This document shows, piece after piece, positions 1 through 10,154 of a DNA stretch of 64,000 nucleotides. The notes under the pieces are model-generated. The model made no database searches. It worked only from the letters and a program-made list of their open reading frames with translations, and was not told the DNA's origin. The stretch is from a virus. The stretch spans positions 39,805 through 103,804 of IMG/VR virus record IMGVR_UViG_3300020172_002676. The stretch is one strand, 5' to 3'. Position 1 is the stretch's first letter; the number at the start of each line of letters is the position of its first letter. The position numbers and the translations under genes are program-made.

Positions 1-1288
1 CTTCAATACCACCACCATTACTATAAGTTGGTCCGTTAGCTCCTAATCTAATTTCCTTACTTGGACCTTCATATAACTGTGCTAACTCAGATGGACCATA
101 AACAGGAACTTGTAGTTCTTGTCCAAAGGCATTAGCAGGAAGTTCTCCACTTGGTGAAAATACTCTTGATGGTTCAGATGTTGTTGAACCAATGTAAAAA
201 TTGGCATTGTTAGTTTCTGTACCTACAATTGCACCACCAAGTCTATCTAACGCAGTTCTATCATAACTTGGTTTATATCTATTAAAGTTAATGTTTTTAA
301 ACAATAACGATTTCTGTCCTGCTCCTGTATTATTATAAAATAATTGAGACCCTGTTTTACCCCCACTTAATAATTTACTAACAAAATTACCTACCGCGGC
401 TAATGGGTTTCCAAGTAACGCTTGTCCAATTGTTGTTGGTTGAGGTGGGTTAATTGCTGGGTCAAAATAAGAACCAGATATTAGTGAAAATGGGGTTGTG
501 CTACCCGCAAGTCTAAGAGCAAAATCTGTGGCAGCAATTATTGGGTTATTAGGTATTGTTATTTGATAATTAGGTTCTATTAAAGGAACATTACCCGTTA
601 AAATATTAACAAGATTTGATGTACTATTAACATTTAAAATATTTACTCTCCCAAGTGTTTGTCTAAGGATTTCTCGTCCAATTCTATCCTGAAACTCTTG
701 TTTAACCTTTACCGCACCTAATCTAGCAATATACGAATCTTGACTTAATAATCCATTAGTACCTTGAGGGTTAGATGAAAGTAAAAGAGATACTGATGTA
801 TATGATGATGGTACATATATTAATGGTACGTATGGTTGACTATTAGTTTGTCTATCTTGGTCAGGTCTTACAGTTTCTAACGTACTAAAAGCATCCGCAG
901 AGTCAAATACCCTTGTAGTATCCGCATAAGCATTTAGTGGTCTATAGAATTTTATTGCAGCATAACCCTCATCAACAATATGAGCATCTTGTTGTCCAGG
1001 ACCATATTCCCCCTGATTTGAGATTGTATTAAGTAACCCTGTTGGGTCAATAGCTTGTTTATATCCACCATCAGCGCCCCATTCATTTAATGGGTATAAC
1101 TTATTAGCAAATACAGGAGTATCAATTAATCCATCAGGACTATCAATAACCGATAAATCAGACTGTACTACCTCATATGTTATTGGAGGCGTAGCCTTAT
1201 ATGGAGACTTAGCATATGGAACTAAATTTCTTGTAATCAGTTTTTTTCTAAAACCTTCCGAACTTATATAATCTAATGGACTTCCCAA
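1..1288 (-). CDS. Putative virion/baseplate-associated protein, runs off the window start (not in ORF track)
   Basis: TTG at 1288 reads MGSPLDYISSEGFRKKLITRNLVPYAKSPY...; the window start reads ...PTYSNGGGIE in the same frame (both ends translated, middle not checked codon by codon); follows tape measure gene; TATTTAT motif at 1304-1310. Confidence 0.7.
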   Translation of the reverse strand, partial: MGSPLDYISSEGFRKKLITRNLVPYAKSPYKATPPITYEVVQSDLSVIDSPDGLIDTPVFANKLYPLNEWGADGGYKQAIDPTGLLNTISNQGEYGPGQQDAHIVDEGYAAIKFYRPLNAYADTTRVFDSADAFSTLETVRPDQDRQTNSQPYVPLIYVPSSYTSVSLLLSSNPQGTNGLLSQDSYIARLGAVKVKQEFQDRIGREILRQTLGRVNILNVNSTSNLVNILTGNVPLIEPNYQITIPNNPIIAATDFALRLAGSTTPFSLISGSYFDPAINPPQPTTIGQALLGNPLAAVGNFVSKLLSGGKTGSQLFYNNTGAGQKSLLFKNINFNRYKPSYDRTALDRLGGAIVGTETNNANFYIGSTTSEPSRVFSPSGELPANAFGQELQVPVYGPSELAQLYEGPSKEIRLGANGPTYSNGGGIE

Positions 1289-1325
1289 TCTATAACTTTA
1301 TTAATAAATAGGTTAATGGTGTTTT

Positions 1326-3161
1326 TTATTTACCATAACTACGAACTCCTTGTCCCTTTTCATTTGGTTTTGTACCAGTTATGCCCCATATATATTCTTT
1401 AAATTGTTGTTTATTAAAAATTTCAGTTAATGATTGTTCTGACATTCCATTTGGAGCGGTTACATTAACGTTTAAATTTCCAAATTCAACTTTAGCATTT
1501 GTTGTTTGATTTGTTTGAGAAGTGTTATTATACAAAGCATCACTATATGAGTTTCTTGTCACACCACCAACAACTTGTTCCCTTGTAAGAGCTGTTGGTT
1601 TTACTTTATTTGAAGATTCTGTTCCACTCTTTTTAATCATCCCACCCATACTATTTGAAAATTTTTCAGTATAATTTCTAAATTCTTTTTCAATATCACT
1701 ATTTCCTGTTACTTTTTTATTAGATTCTTGGATTATCTTGTTAAAAATTTCAATTCCTTTTGCCCCAAACCCATCTGCAGAATTTTTAAGACTATTTTCA
1801 AGGTTACCTAATTTACCAGAAAATTCTTTATTACTTATTTTACCACTATCTTTTTCAAGATATAAATCGCGTATTTTATCTAATCCAGCACCAACTTTTT
1901 CAGCAATTTTTGCGGATTCGGGAACTTGTTGGTCTGCAGAAGATGAAACCGCTGTTGCAATTCTTTGAGCTCCAGCCAAATTAGCACGAACTGGTGCAGC
2001 ACCAGCAACACCATATGTTGCCTTTGCAACTATTGATTTTAAATCAGTCGCAATTCCTTTCATAAAATCCAATTGAGATTTTTGAATCTCTTCCACCGTT
2101 TTTGGTGCGTTTCTTAATTTTTCAAATTCCTCTTTTGTAATGTCGGCTAACTTTTTATCATTAATTTCTCCTGTCTTATCATCTCTAATTTGAACAACAT
2201 ATTCTCCACCTTCACCCATCGTTGCCATATTTGCCAACAATTTTTTATCATCTTCATTTTTAAAATTGATAGATGGATTAACCGCAGATAATCTTTCATC
2301 TAAATCAGCAGCAGCAAGAGCACTTTTAGCTAATTGGTCGTAAGTAACACCAGTCTCTTTAGCCATTTCCCTTAAGGTTAAAATACCTTGTGGATTTATC
2401 TTGAATGTTTTTGTTTTTTCATCAAACTCAGTAAATTGTTTTGTGGCATTAATTAAGCTATCTTGTAATGCTCCAGGGTCATTAATGGCGTCATTCATCA
2501 TTGAAAATGGGTCAGCCAAATCACCTGAAGCAACTCCAAGTCTTTGAAGAGCCGCCGCCATATTAATAGCTCCTTCTGGGTCCATTACTTTATTTGCAAA
2601 TGTTGCGGTTTGAGACATATCAAATCTTAACATAGAAGCTTGAGCGGCCATTTTAGTTAACCCTTGAACCCCATCAGTAAAGTTAAATTGGTTCATCAAA
2701 CTCATATTTTTTGCAACATCCCCAACTACTGATTTAGCATTTAAACCAAGATTTTGAACATAATTTATAGATTTTTCTATACTTGGTCCTATTTTTGAAG
2801 TTTCAATACCAACTGACGCAAAGTTTTCAACTAAAGTTTTACTATCAACGCTTAATATTTTAGAACTAGCGTATAACTTACTAACTTGAGTTTCGGTGGC
2901 CAAGACGTTCCTTCTAGAACCCTCGGCGATATCCGACATAGTTCTACTAACATCACTTAAATCTCCCCCTAAACGAATAATACCAGCAGCAGATTTAGAG
3001 ACTGCGTCCATCATTTCGTCAATTCTTATTCTACCCTGAACAAATGCGGTATTAAGATTATACGCCTCTTTAGACATATTCATTATAGAATTCAAAGCGT
3101 CATCAAGACTTGCCCCCATTCCACTAAGGTCTTTAAGATTTCCTCCAGGTATATCTGCCAT
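1326..3161 (-). CDS. Tail tape measure protein (putative)
   Basis: 611 aa, Ala/Lys/Ser-rich helical composition; position downstream of tube and chaperone genes. Confidence 0.7.
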   Translation of the reverse strand: MADIPGGNLKDLSGMGASLDDALNSIMNMSKEAYNLNTAFVQGRIRIDEMMDAVSKSAAGIIRLGGDLSDVSRTMSDIAEGSRRNVLATETQVSKLYASSKILSVDSKTLVENFASVGIETSKIGPSIEKSINYVQNLGLNAKSVVGDVAKNMSLMNQFNFTDGVQGLTKMAAQASMLRFDMSQTATFANKVMDPEGAINMAAALQRLGVASGDLADPFSMMNDAINDPGALQDSLINATKQFTEFDEKTKTFKINPQGILTLREMAKETGVTYDQLAKSALAAADLDERLSAVNPSINFKNEDDKKLLANMATMGEGGEYVVQIRDDKTGEINDKKLADITKEEFEKLRNAPKTVEEIQKSQLDFMKGIATDLKSIVAKATYGVAGAAPVRANLAGAQRIATAVSSSADQQVPESAKIAEKVGAGLDKIRDLYLEKDSGKISNKEFSGKLGNLENSLKNSADGFGAKGIEIFNKIIQESNKKVTGNSDIEKEFRNYTEKFSNSMGGMIKKSGTESSNKVKPTALTREQVVGGVTRNSYSDALYNNTSQTNQTTNAKVEFGNLNVNVTAPNGMSEQSLTEIFNKQQFKEYIWGITGTKPNEKGQGVRSYGK

Positions 3162-3190
3162 AAATTATATTATTAGTTTTCTATAAATAG

Positions 3191-3219
3191 AAGAAGGACT
3201 AAAATTTTTAGTCCTTCTT
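3191..3219. repeat. Perfect 29-nt palindrome (14-bp arms)
   Basis: AAGAAGGACTAAAA-T-TTTTAGTCCTTCTT, overlapping the stop of 3208..3390. Confidence 0.85.
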
Positions 3220-3390
3220 TGGGTTTTCTTCAATCCATTTATCCAGTAAATATTTTCTAACAAATACTGGCATTCTTTCAAAATCTTGGTAAGTAATATT
3301 CATTAAGGTATTTAGATAATAAAACTCATCTAACTGACCTTTTCTATAGTTAGAAGAAAGGACGAAAAAAGTCAACCCCAAACCCAACAT
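3208..3390 (-). CDS. Tail assembly chaperone C-terminal extension (gpT/gp51-like), probably reached by frameshift
   Basis: Overlaps 3' end of 3350..4093 in the +1 frame across a T6 run; small helical domain; lies just upstream of tape measure. Confidence 0.6.
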   Translation of the reverse strand: MLGLGLTFFVLSSNYRKGQLDEFYYLNTLMNITYQDFERMPVFVRKYLLDKWIEENPKKD

Positions 3391-4093
3391 TTACTGTTAG
3401 TTTTTCTCCTGACGGGGTCATTAAAGTTCGGTTCATATCCAATCTCGGTTCATTATCGTTCATGAATTTTCTAATATATTTTGAATCGGCAATTGGTAAT
3501 GATTCAATAAACTTTGCAATTACCGCTTTGTCGGTTGAACCATCAACTTCAATAATTTCTTTTTGCATTCTCCACGTAATTTTTGGAACAACCCTACCTT
3601 GTGGGTATGTATCAGCTAATTTACCGATTTCAATTATTTCACCATAATTTAATGGTTTAAGTTTAACCGTTGATTGTGATTTAGGTAGATTAACAATAAA
3701 TGTTCCATCATCATTTGGTTTTTGTCCATTAATAATGGATAATTGGTCTAACATTACCGTTGACTGAAATTGTTTTTTAGTTAGTGGGTCAGTAAGATTC
3801 AAACTCATTTCAGGACCAAATGCCGTATTTCTTAAAAAGATTAAGATAGCTTCAACATCTCCCTCAATAAGTTCTTCAACTCTAATATCTGGTTCATAAA
3901 TTTTTGCCCTTAATAAATTAATTGTTAAATCATTTCCTCCACCCATAATGATATTCTCATCTGAAGCGGTAAGATAACCCACCTTAAGTGTTTTTTTCTT
4001 GTTTTTATAAAAAATACCTTCTGAAGGTAATGGTACCACATCGTGTGGTAATGTAAAATTTTCTTGACCGTAGTCTCTTGATTGATTGTCCAT
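3350..4093 (-). CDS. Baseplate hub / tail assembly chaperone (T4 gp26-like)
   Basis: LPSEG..Y, LTASDE, GDVEAILIFLR..AFG motifs; ends VDFFRPFF; between tube and tape measure. Confidence 0.7.
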   Translation of the reverse strand: MDNQSRDYGQENFTLPHDVVPLPSEGIFYKNKKKTLKVGYLTASDENIIMGGGNDLTINLLRAKIYEPDIRVEELIEGDVEAILIFLRNTAFGPEMSLNLTDPLTKKQFQSTVMLDQLSIINGQKPNDDGTFIVNLPKSQSTVKLKPLNYGEIIEIGKLADTYPQGRVVPKITWRMQKEIIEVDGSTDKAVIAKFIESLPIADSKYIRKFMNDNEPRLDMNRTLMTPSGEKLTVNVGFGVDFFRPFF

Positions 4094-4095
4094 AT

Positions 4096-4132
4096 AAAAA
4101 AATAACCGTAAAGTTTATGTTCTTTACGGTTA
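4096..4132 (-). terminator. Intrinsic terminator after tail tube gene
   Basis: 11-bp stem TAACCGTAAAG/CTTTACGGTTA (4103-4132) followed by T7 on the minus strand. Confidence 0.7.
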
Positions 4133-4165
4133 AATATAATTAGGTTTAGTTTTTTATCAATAGTA

Positions 4166-4654
4166 TTAATAAACTAGAACACATCTATCCATTCTTAGTG
4201 TTGCTGTGATTGTTGCCAAAGCGTCCGATTTATAATCTAAAGCGTTAAAGTTAACATCTGATAAGAATGTTCCATAAAGAATCCACTTCTCAACAACAAC
4301 CCCTGTTGGGTCTAACATTTCTAAATCAATATCTTTTTTATAACCCGCAGCATATCCCATACGACCCGTTACTGATTCAGCATGTAAACGAACCCACTCC
4401 ATAAGAGCTTGAGCCGCTGACGGTCCAATTGGGTCTCTAAACGTTACGTTAATTGTTTGCCAGTTAAATCTACCTGCTACAAAGGTTGATGTATTTAGGA
4501 ATTGTATTTCAACTGGTGCAATTGTAATATGTGGTCTTGATGAAGATTCTACGAACCATTCGTTGATACCCAAACTTGATGGAAACCTTAGGATAAAACG
4601 ATTTTGACGTTTTGGTTCGTAAGGTATCGGCATTTTCATTAATAAATCAGCCAT
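4166..4654 (-). CDS. Tail tube protein (T4 gp19-like)
   Basis: EPKRQNRF, W..I.VTFRDPI, GYKKDI.LEMLDPTG..VEKW; downstream of sheath. Confidence 0.9.
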   Translation of the reverse strand: MADLLMKMPIPYEPKRQNRFILRFPSSLGINEWFVESSSRPHITIAPVEIQFLNTSTFVAGRFNWQTINVTFRDPIGPSAAQALMEWVRLHAESVTGRMGYAAGYKKDIDLEMLDPTGVVVEKWILYGTFLSDVNFNALDYKSDALATITATLRMDRCVLVY

Positions 4655-4751
4655 GTTATTTTAATTTTTGTTTTTTATTAGTTGTTTATATCTATAAATA
4701 TAGTCTTGTTAAAAATATTTCTATTTACTTTTGTTTTTGAGAAATTATTCT

Positions 4752-5579
4752 TTATTTATATTCCTTTTTAGCTCCTCCAGCAGTAGAATATGTCTTAACT
4801 ATATTATCTGGTTTATTTTTAAAGTGTTTGTTAATTACTTCTACATTCTTAATATCATCATCTGAAAATCCAATACTAGGTTGTTCTGGTATAAAATTGT
4901 TAGATATATCATTTTTAACAAATGCTCTTTTATTAAGTATACCAGCAATTCCTTTTATATAAGAAACAAATTCGTCCATTGCAACAACTTTTAATTCTTC
5001 AGGGTTTGCAGCACTTCCTTCTCCAAAAGTAACAGGGTGAAACTTACAAAGTTCTAAATATGATTTAATTAATTCATCATCACTCATATCTTCTTCACCA
5101 ACAAACGTCCTATATTTTTTTAAATTTTTGATTAATTCGTCTTTATCAATACCATTAAATCCGTCTATAATATAATTATAAACCGCTTGTTTTAAAGTGT
5201 TTGGATTATGTCCTCTTGCGGTGATTATGGAAAAAATTGACCCGTTATTAATTGCCTCTCTAAAATCATCAAATGCGGGACCTAATCTAGCCCTCATCGC
5301 ATCAATTAAAAAATCTTTATCACCTTCAGTTCTAAAATTTCTAAATGGTGAATCCGCAAATCCTACTATAGTTTCACCTTTATATTTGAATGGATTTTTA
5401 CCAACATCGTGTCTATATTCCGCAAAATCATCCGTACTCATTGGAACTTCGTCTCCCTCCTCATTTTTTAATATTATCTTTGTTGGCATATGAACAATGT
5501 TGTCATCCCAATCAAATGCATAATATTTCATATCTGGAGTTCCCTCTTCCTTGAAACCTTCTTTAAGTTGTACTTTCAT
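4752..5579 (-). CDS. HAD-superfamily phosphatase-like protein
   Basis: Motif I FDWDDN, motif II ITARG, motif IV FSDDD. Confidence 0.65.
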   Translation of the reverse strand: MKVQLKEGFKEEGTPDMKYYAFDWDDNIVHMPTKIILKNEEGDEVPMSTDDFAEYRHDVGKNPFKYKGETIVGFADSPFRNFRTEGDKDFLIDAMRARLGPAFDDFREAINNGSIFSIITARGHNPNTLKQAVYNYIIDGFNGIDKDELIKNLKKYRTFVGEEDMSDDELIKSYLELCKFHPVTFGEGSAANPEELKVVAMDEFVSYIKGIAGILNKRAFVKNDISNNFIPEQPSIGFSDDDIKNVEVINKHFKNKPDNIVKTYSTAGGAKKEYK

Positions 5580-5589
5580 ATTTGGCTAT

Positions 5590-5618
5590 TAAGGATATCA
5601 CAATTTGTGATATCCTTA
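5590..5618. repeat. Perfect 29-nt palindrome (14-bp arms) just after sheath stop
   Basis: TAAGGATATCACAA-T-TTGTGATATCCTTA; T-run only on plus strand side. Confidence 0.85.
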
Positions 5619-5625
5619 TTTTTTT

Positions 5626-8600
5626 TTAGATATTTTCAAACGAAGCTCCTGTTGGAGTTATAAAGAACTCAATATCTATGAATTCTAAAGCCTTCGTAGG
5701 TTTTAAGTAGATTTTACCTACTAATCTGTTTGCATCTAAATCTTCAGGTGAAGATGATACTGTTACACGGAAATCGTATAAACCTCTATCTCTTCTGATT
5801 GAATCTAAGATTGGATTAACACTATCTAAGAATTGTTGTCTAACGACTTGGTCGTTTTGTTCAAACAATAATCTTACCGCTACCGCTGAAATTAATTTAC
5901 GAGCTTGTAATAATAATCTTCTAACATTTAATCTGTTTAACGCTGAATCAGCAACTTGTAAGGTTTTGTTACCCCAAATTACAGTTCCAACATCAGAGAA
6001 GGTTGCGATAGGGTTGATTCTGCCTTGATACAATGTATCTCTATCTGTTTGTGTTAGTTTTTGTCTAGCTTTGATTGAATTTACAAGACCTCTTGTATAA
6101 CCCGCAGATGCGAACCAAGGGAATGCAATATTATCAGTCAATGCTAAGTTTCTACAAACTTCACCTGTTGGTGGTAAATAGATTTGTGTATTATTAACAG
6201 TATCTCTTGTTAAAATCCAAGGATAATATGTTGCAGTATAGTTAGAGTCAATTCCAGTATTATCTAAGTTATCAACTGCTTCTTGTGAATAGATGATATC
6301 TAAAGAATTTGTAGAATCAGGTGTATACATATTATAATCAGGAGTTGTTGCAATATAAACTGAATCCGCTCTTGAATATTGTACCATATCTATTGCTTCT
6401 TCAACAAGGTTTGAGTTATTAACATAATCAATCGCTGTTGTTGCAAACACGTTAATGTTTGTTGCTTCAGGGTTTGAGAATGTTAATATACCAAGTAAGT
6501 AAGCATAATAATCTGTATTTGCAAAATCTTGAGTGTTATTTTGAACCACAATTCTCTTAAACATACCGTCACCTGTTGCAGTTGGGTATTTTGTAGATGG
6601 TGCCGCTCCCGCTAAATAACCTGAAGAACCTAATTGGAATCTATCTTGGTTAGTTCTATATTCTCTATAGATATCCCATCCGTCAAATCCACCAGCAAAA
6701 CATACTGTGTATTTTCTTGAGTAAATAAAATAATAAGGATTTTCCTGAGTTTGTGGGTCAAATCTAAAATCAGCCACACCACATTCAAATGCTGTTTGAC
6801 CGCTTGTCATTGATGTATTTGCAATTGTAACAACCGTTGCTCCTGAATCCATATGGAAACCTTTACTTAGGTAATTCCATTTAATAGAATCTGTTGCAGT
6901 TTCCCACCCAACAACTGGATTTTGTTTTCCTTTATATGTTAAGAATGACTCGTCAATTCCGAATTGAGTTGAGAATCCTAAATAACTTCTTCTTATAATA
7001 TCTCCTCCCGATTCAACAGTGTTTGAACCTCCAGCGGTTGTACCAAACGGTGGGTTATAAATAACTTCACCAGGATAATAATATTGTGTTTTGAATTTAG
7101 GATAAGGTGATGGATATGCTGCAGCATCTTCGTATTCTCTTTGAGTATAACCATAGAATCCACAAGGGATTGCATCAATCGGATATTCATTCGCTAATTC
7201 AATCATAATGAATTTTGATATTAAAGCAAACTCTCCGTTAGAAGAACCAATCTTTTTAGCCACAAAATTATTAGAACCTGGGTCCATTGTACGATTTGTG
7301 AATTTTTCAATCACAACTGGGTTAGCATCTGTGTCAAAGAAATTTCTAACTAAAACATCAAATGTCATATTATTAAATGATAAATTAGCAATTGATACTT
7401 TGATTTCAGTATTTGCAGCATCACCATCGGAAATTGAAATGAATTTGAATAAGTTATAAACTTTATTACCTCTTAATTCTGAAACTAAGAATGGTGTTTC
7501 TGGTGATTGGTATTTTTCCAAATTCCAAGCAATTGATGAAGATGATTGACTTCTAGCATCAGGTAGTGCTATTAAATCACACGATAATCCACGAATATAA
7601 CCTTGGTTATATGCATAATTTAAACTTGATTGATAAAATTCTTCAACATAAATTGGAACAGCAAATCTTGACTTACCAAAATTATCAACACCTAATACCT
7701 TTGTAATGTATTTTGCCGATGATGCTAACAATGAAGTTTCAAATGAGAATGTGTTATTATCTTTAGTTATACCTGAAAGTAAGAAATTCTCAAATGGTGA
7801 ACTTGTAATACCCGAATATTGGTCAGTACAAACTAATTGTAAATCAGTAAGTCCGCTTACTTCGTAAACAGGTCCATGATTATCACCTGAAGTATTTTCA
7901 TAAAGAGAAATACCTCTTGAACGTATTGTTCCAACAACCATATTATTAAAGTCAGTATAAGCAGTTCCTGAGAAAATATAAGAATTACCCGATACAGTAC
8001 CTGTGTAACTGTTTGATGCTCCTGAAGTTAATGATGTTACAACGTAATCAAAAGAATAACCCGAATAATTATTATTTGTGTAATTTTCAAAATTTGCATA
8101 ATACCAAGGGTCATTACTACCCGCAGTTAAATCATTATATGCTAAATCATTTGAATCACAAAGATAAACATTTTGAACATTAGTATATGTTGATACTAAA
8201 TTTGTATAATCATCACTAGGTATTCCACCATATATTACAGCAGTAGTTGCCGATAATGATGGTGTATCCATAATAGTATCTAAATAATAATTAAAATCAT
8301 CAGACAATGTTGATGTTGAACCATCAGATAATCTATATTGAACATTTAAGTTTGCTTGAACTACTGCGGGTAAACTTGATGTAAAAGTTACAGTATTTCC
8401 TGAAGAAGTTCCTGTAAAAGTCGCCGACCAAGGTGTTCCTGTTGATGGGTTAGTTCCGATAGTTGTTGGGTCAACATTTGCAGTTACCCTAAGACTCCAA
8501 GAAGGACCCGCGTCATAACCAGATAAACCAAGTACTCTAGTAACAAACAATTGGTTTGATTGTTGTAAATATGATTTAGCAATATATGCTGCCTCATATT

Positions 8601-8829
8601 TAGGAATCTGAGTATTATAAAACTTAACGGGTTCTGTTCCCCCGAAATAAGCTTGGAACTCATCGTAGTTTGTTATGAAAATTGGTTCAAATGCTGGACC
8701 TTTTATTGTTTCTCCAACCAGTCCTAAAGTAGTTACTCCCACGCTTTGGGCTACGAATGATAGGTCGGTTTCAGATGTGTAAACGCCTGGTGATACGAAT
8801 ACTTTTTGATTTGCTTGTGCTGTTGCCAT
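5626..8829 (-). CDS. Tail sheath protein (gp18-like) with large inserted domains
   Basis: N-term SPGVYTSETD, C-term PWFASAG..RG, INPI, WGNKTL, LNVRRL, EQND, IYLKPTKALEFI. Confidence 0.95.
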   Translation of the reverse strand: MATAQANQKVFVSPGVYTSETDLSFVAQSVGVTTLGLVGETIKGPAFEPIFITNYDEFQAYFGGTEPVKFYNTQIPKYEAAYIAKSYLQQSNQLFVTRVLGLSGYDAGPSWSLRVTANVDPTTIGTNPSTGTPWSATFTGTSSGNTVTFTSSLPAVVQANLNVQYRLSDGSTSTLSDDFNYYLDTIMDTPSLSATTAVIYGGIPSDDYTNLVSTYTNVQNVYLCDSNDLAYNDLTAGSNDPWYYANFENYTNNNYSGYSFDYVVTSLTSGASNSYTGTVSGNSYIFSGTAYTDFNNMVVGTIRSRGISLYENTSGDNHGPVYEVSGLTDLQLVCTDQYSGITSSPFENFLLSGITKDNNTFSFETSLLASSAKYITKVLGVDNFGKSRFAVPIYVEEFYQSSLNYAYNQGYIRGLSCDLIALPDARSQSSSSIAWNLEKYQSPETPFLVSELRGNKVYNLFKFISISDGDAANTEIKVSIANLSFNNMTFDVLVRNFFDTDANPVVIEKFTNRTMDPGSNNFVAKKIGSSNGEFALISKFIMIELANEYPIDAIPCGFYGYTQREYEDAAAYPSPYPKFKTQYYYPGEVIYNPPFGTTAGGSNTVESGGDIIRRSYLGFSTQFGIDESFLTYKGKQNPVVGWETATDSIKWNYLSKGFHMDSGATVVTIANTSMTSGQTAFECGVADFRFDPQTQENPYYFIYSRKYTVCFAGGFDGWDIYREYRTNQDRFQLGSSGYLAGAAPSTKYPTATGDGMFKRIVVQNNTQDFANTDYYAYLLGILTFSNPEATNINVFATTAIDYVNNSNLVEEAIDMVQYSRADSVYIATTPDYNMYTPDSTNSLDIIYSQEAVDNLDNTGIDSNYTATYYPWILTRDTVNNTQIYLPPTGEVCRNLALTDNIAFPWFASAGYTRGLVNSIKARQKLTQTDRDTLYQGRINPIATFSDVGTVIWGNKTLQVADSALNRLNVRRLLLQARKLISAVAVRLLFEQNDQVVRQQFLDSVNPILDSIRRDRGLYDFRVTVSSSPEDLDANRLVGKIYLKPTKALEFIDIEFFITPTGASFENI

Positions 8830-8949
8830 TATTAAATTATTCTGTTACAGATTTATTTTATAGATAAATATTCAGCATTATATGAAAAAACTTTACTTTT
8901 TAATAAGTATTTATAAAGAGTAGGAATAAATTCTACCTTTTTTCATACT

Positions 8950-9111
8950 ATGAAAACCAAGAAAGAAATAAAGAATATTAAAATATCACCTGAATCACAC
9001 GATATCTTAAAAAGATACTGTGATAAGAGGGGAATGAAAATTTATAAATTTTTAGAAAATTTAATATCAGAAAAGTGTAAAGAGAAGAAAGATATCTACG
9101 GAGAAGATTAA
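8950..9111 (+). CDS. Small ribbon-helix-helix-type DNA-binding protein (53 aa, not in ORF track)
   Basis: MKTKKEIKNIKISPESHDILKRYCDKRGMKIYKFLENLISEKCKEKKDIYGED; strand-helix-helix pattern; TATTTAT at 8908-8914. Confidence 0.7.
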   Translation: MKTKKEIKNIKISPESHDILKRYCDKRGMKIYKFLENLISEKCKEKKDIYGED

Positions 9112-10151
9112 ACTAACTTATTTTCGTACAATATGTTAGCCTCTTTTGTGTTATCTTCTTTGGTTGCTTCAATCCTTAAAATATCATTTGTTGTGATTTG
9201 AATTGTTTGAATATCACTACCATAAAAATCGCCATTAATATAAACATCAAAGGTGTCTATATTATTTGACGACACTAAATTCATATTTGCAGTAAAATCA
9301 ATTCTTTCACTTAACGCAGTATTACCCGTAATAAATAAAAAATTCATTTCAAACTCATCAGGATTTTCAGGATATTTTTTTCTTTTTTGTTTTCTTGTTG
9401 ATGTATCTATTTCAAATAGTTGAGTAACTCTTGCGATTGCGGGTTTAACCTCAAACTCTTCTTCATCAATTAAATAACCCAACATAGTAAAATCATAATT
9501 CTGAATATAATATTTTCTTGTGTCTATGGTCATTTGAGATTCATCTGAAACAGTGTTTAATATAATTGGAACATATTGACCTTTAATAAAGGTATATGCT
9601 TGTCTTGAAGAAAACTTTTGCATAATCACCTTATTTAATTGGTTAAGTTCCCTCATTCTATTACAAATAATTTTTACACTATAGTTAATATCAACTGGTA
9701 CGGGCTGTGGTATTGTGTAGATATCCATACCTTGTTCATTACCATTCCAAGTTGGAACTGATGCATAATAAAATTGTTTTCTATTCGGAATGGTATATAT
9801 CAATGACGGATTTGACCCGTATTTAACTTCAGGACTTCTAACCACAGTAATAAATGGTGGTGACGGATTATTATCTAAATCCGTGAATAATGCTGTTTCA
9901 GTATATTGTGACCAATTTTGTGTTGTAATTATAATATCCAACATTGGTACAATTTTTCCAGCAGAAACAACCTCCAAATCTTCCTTAACAAAATTAAGCA
10001 TACCTTTATCCAAGTCAGCATGTAATACCGATTTTGGTAAGTAAGTCCCATCCTTATTAATATATTCTAAAAGTTGTTCTCTGCGTTCAGATAATACTTT
10101 CTTTGGAACTAAAGGTAATGTTGGTTTAACTATATTTCTTGGTAATGCCAT
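9108..10151 (-). CDS. Tail completion/terminator-like neck protein (gp15-like, putative)
   Basis: Located between neck gene and sheath; PQPVPVDINYSV motif. Confidence 0.5.
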   Translation of the reverse strand: MALPRNIVKPTLPLVPKKVLSERREQLLEYINKDGTYLPKSVLHADLDKGMLNFVKEDLEVVSAGKIVPMLDIIITTQNWSQYTETALFTDLDNNPSPPFITVVRSPEVKYGSNPSLIYTIPNRKQFYYASVPTWNGNEQGMDIYTIPQPVPVDINYSVKIICNRMRELNQLNKVIMQKFSSRQAYTFIKGQYVPIILNTVSDESQMTIDTRKYYIQNYDFTMLGYLIDEEEFEVKPAIARVTQLFEIDTSTRKQKRKKYPENPDEFEMNFLFITGNTALSERIDFTANMNLVSSNNIDTFDVYINGDFYGSDIQTIQITTNDILRIEATKEDNTKEANILYENKLV

Positions 10152-10154
10152 ATT

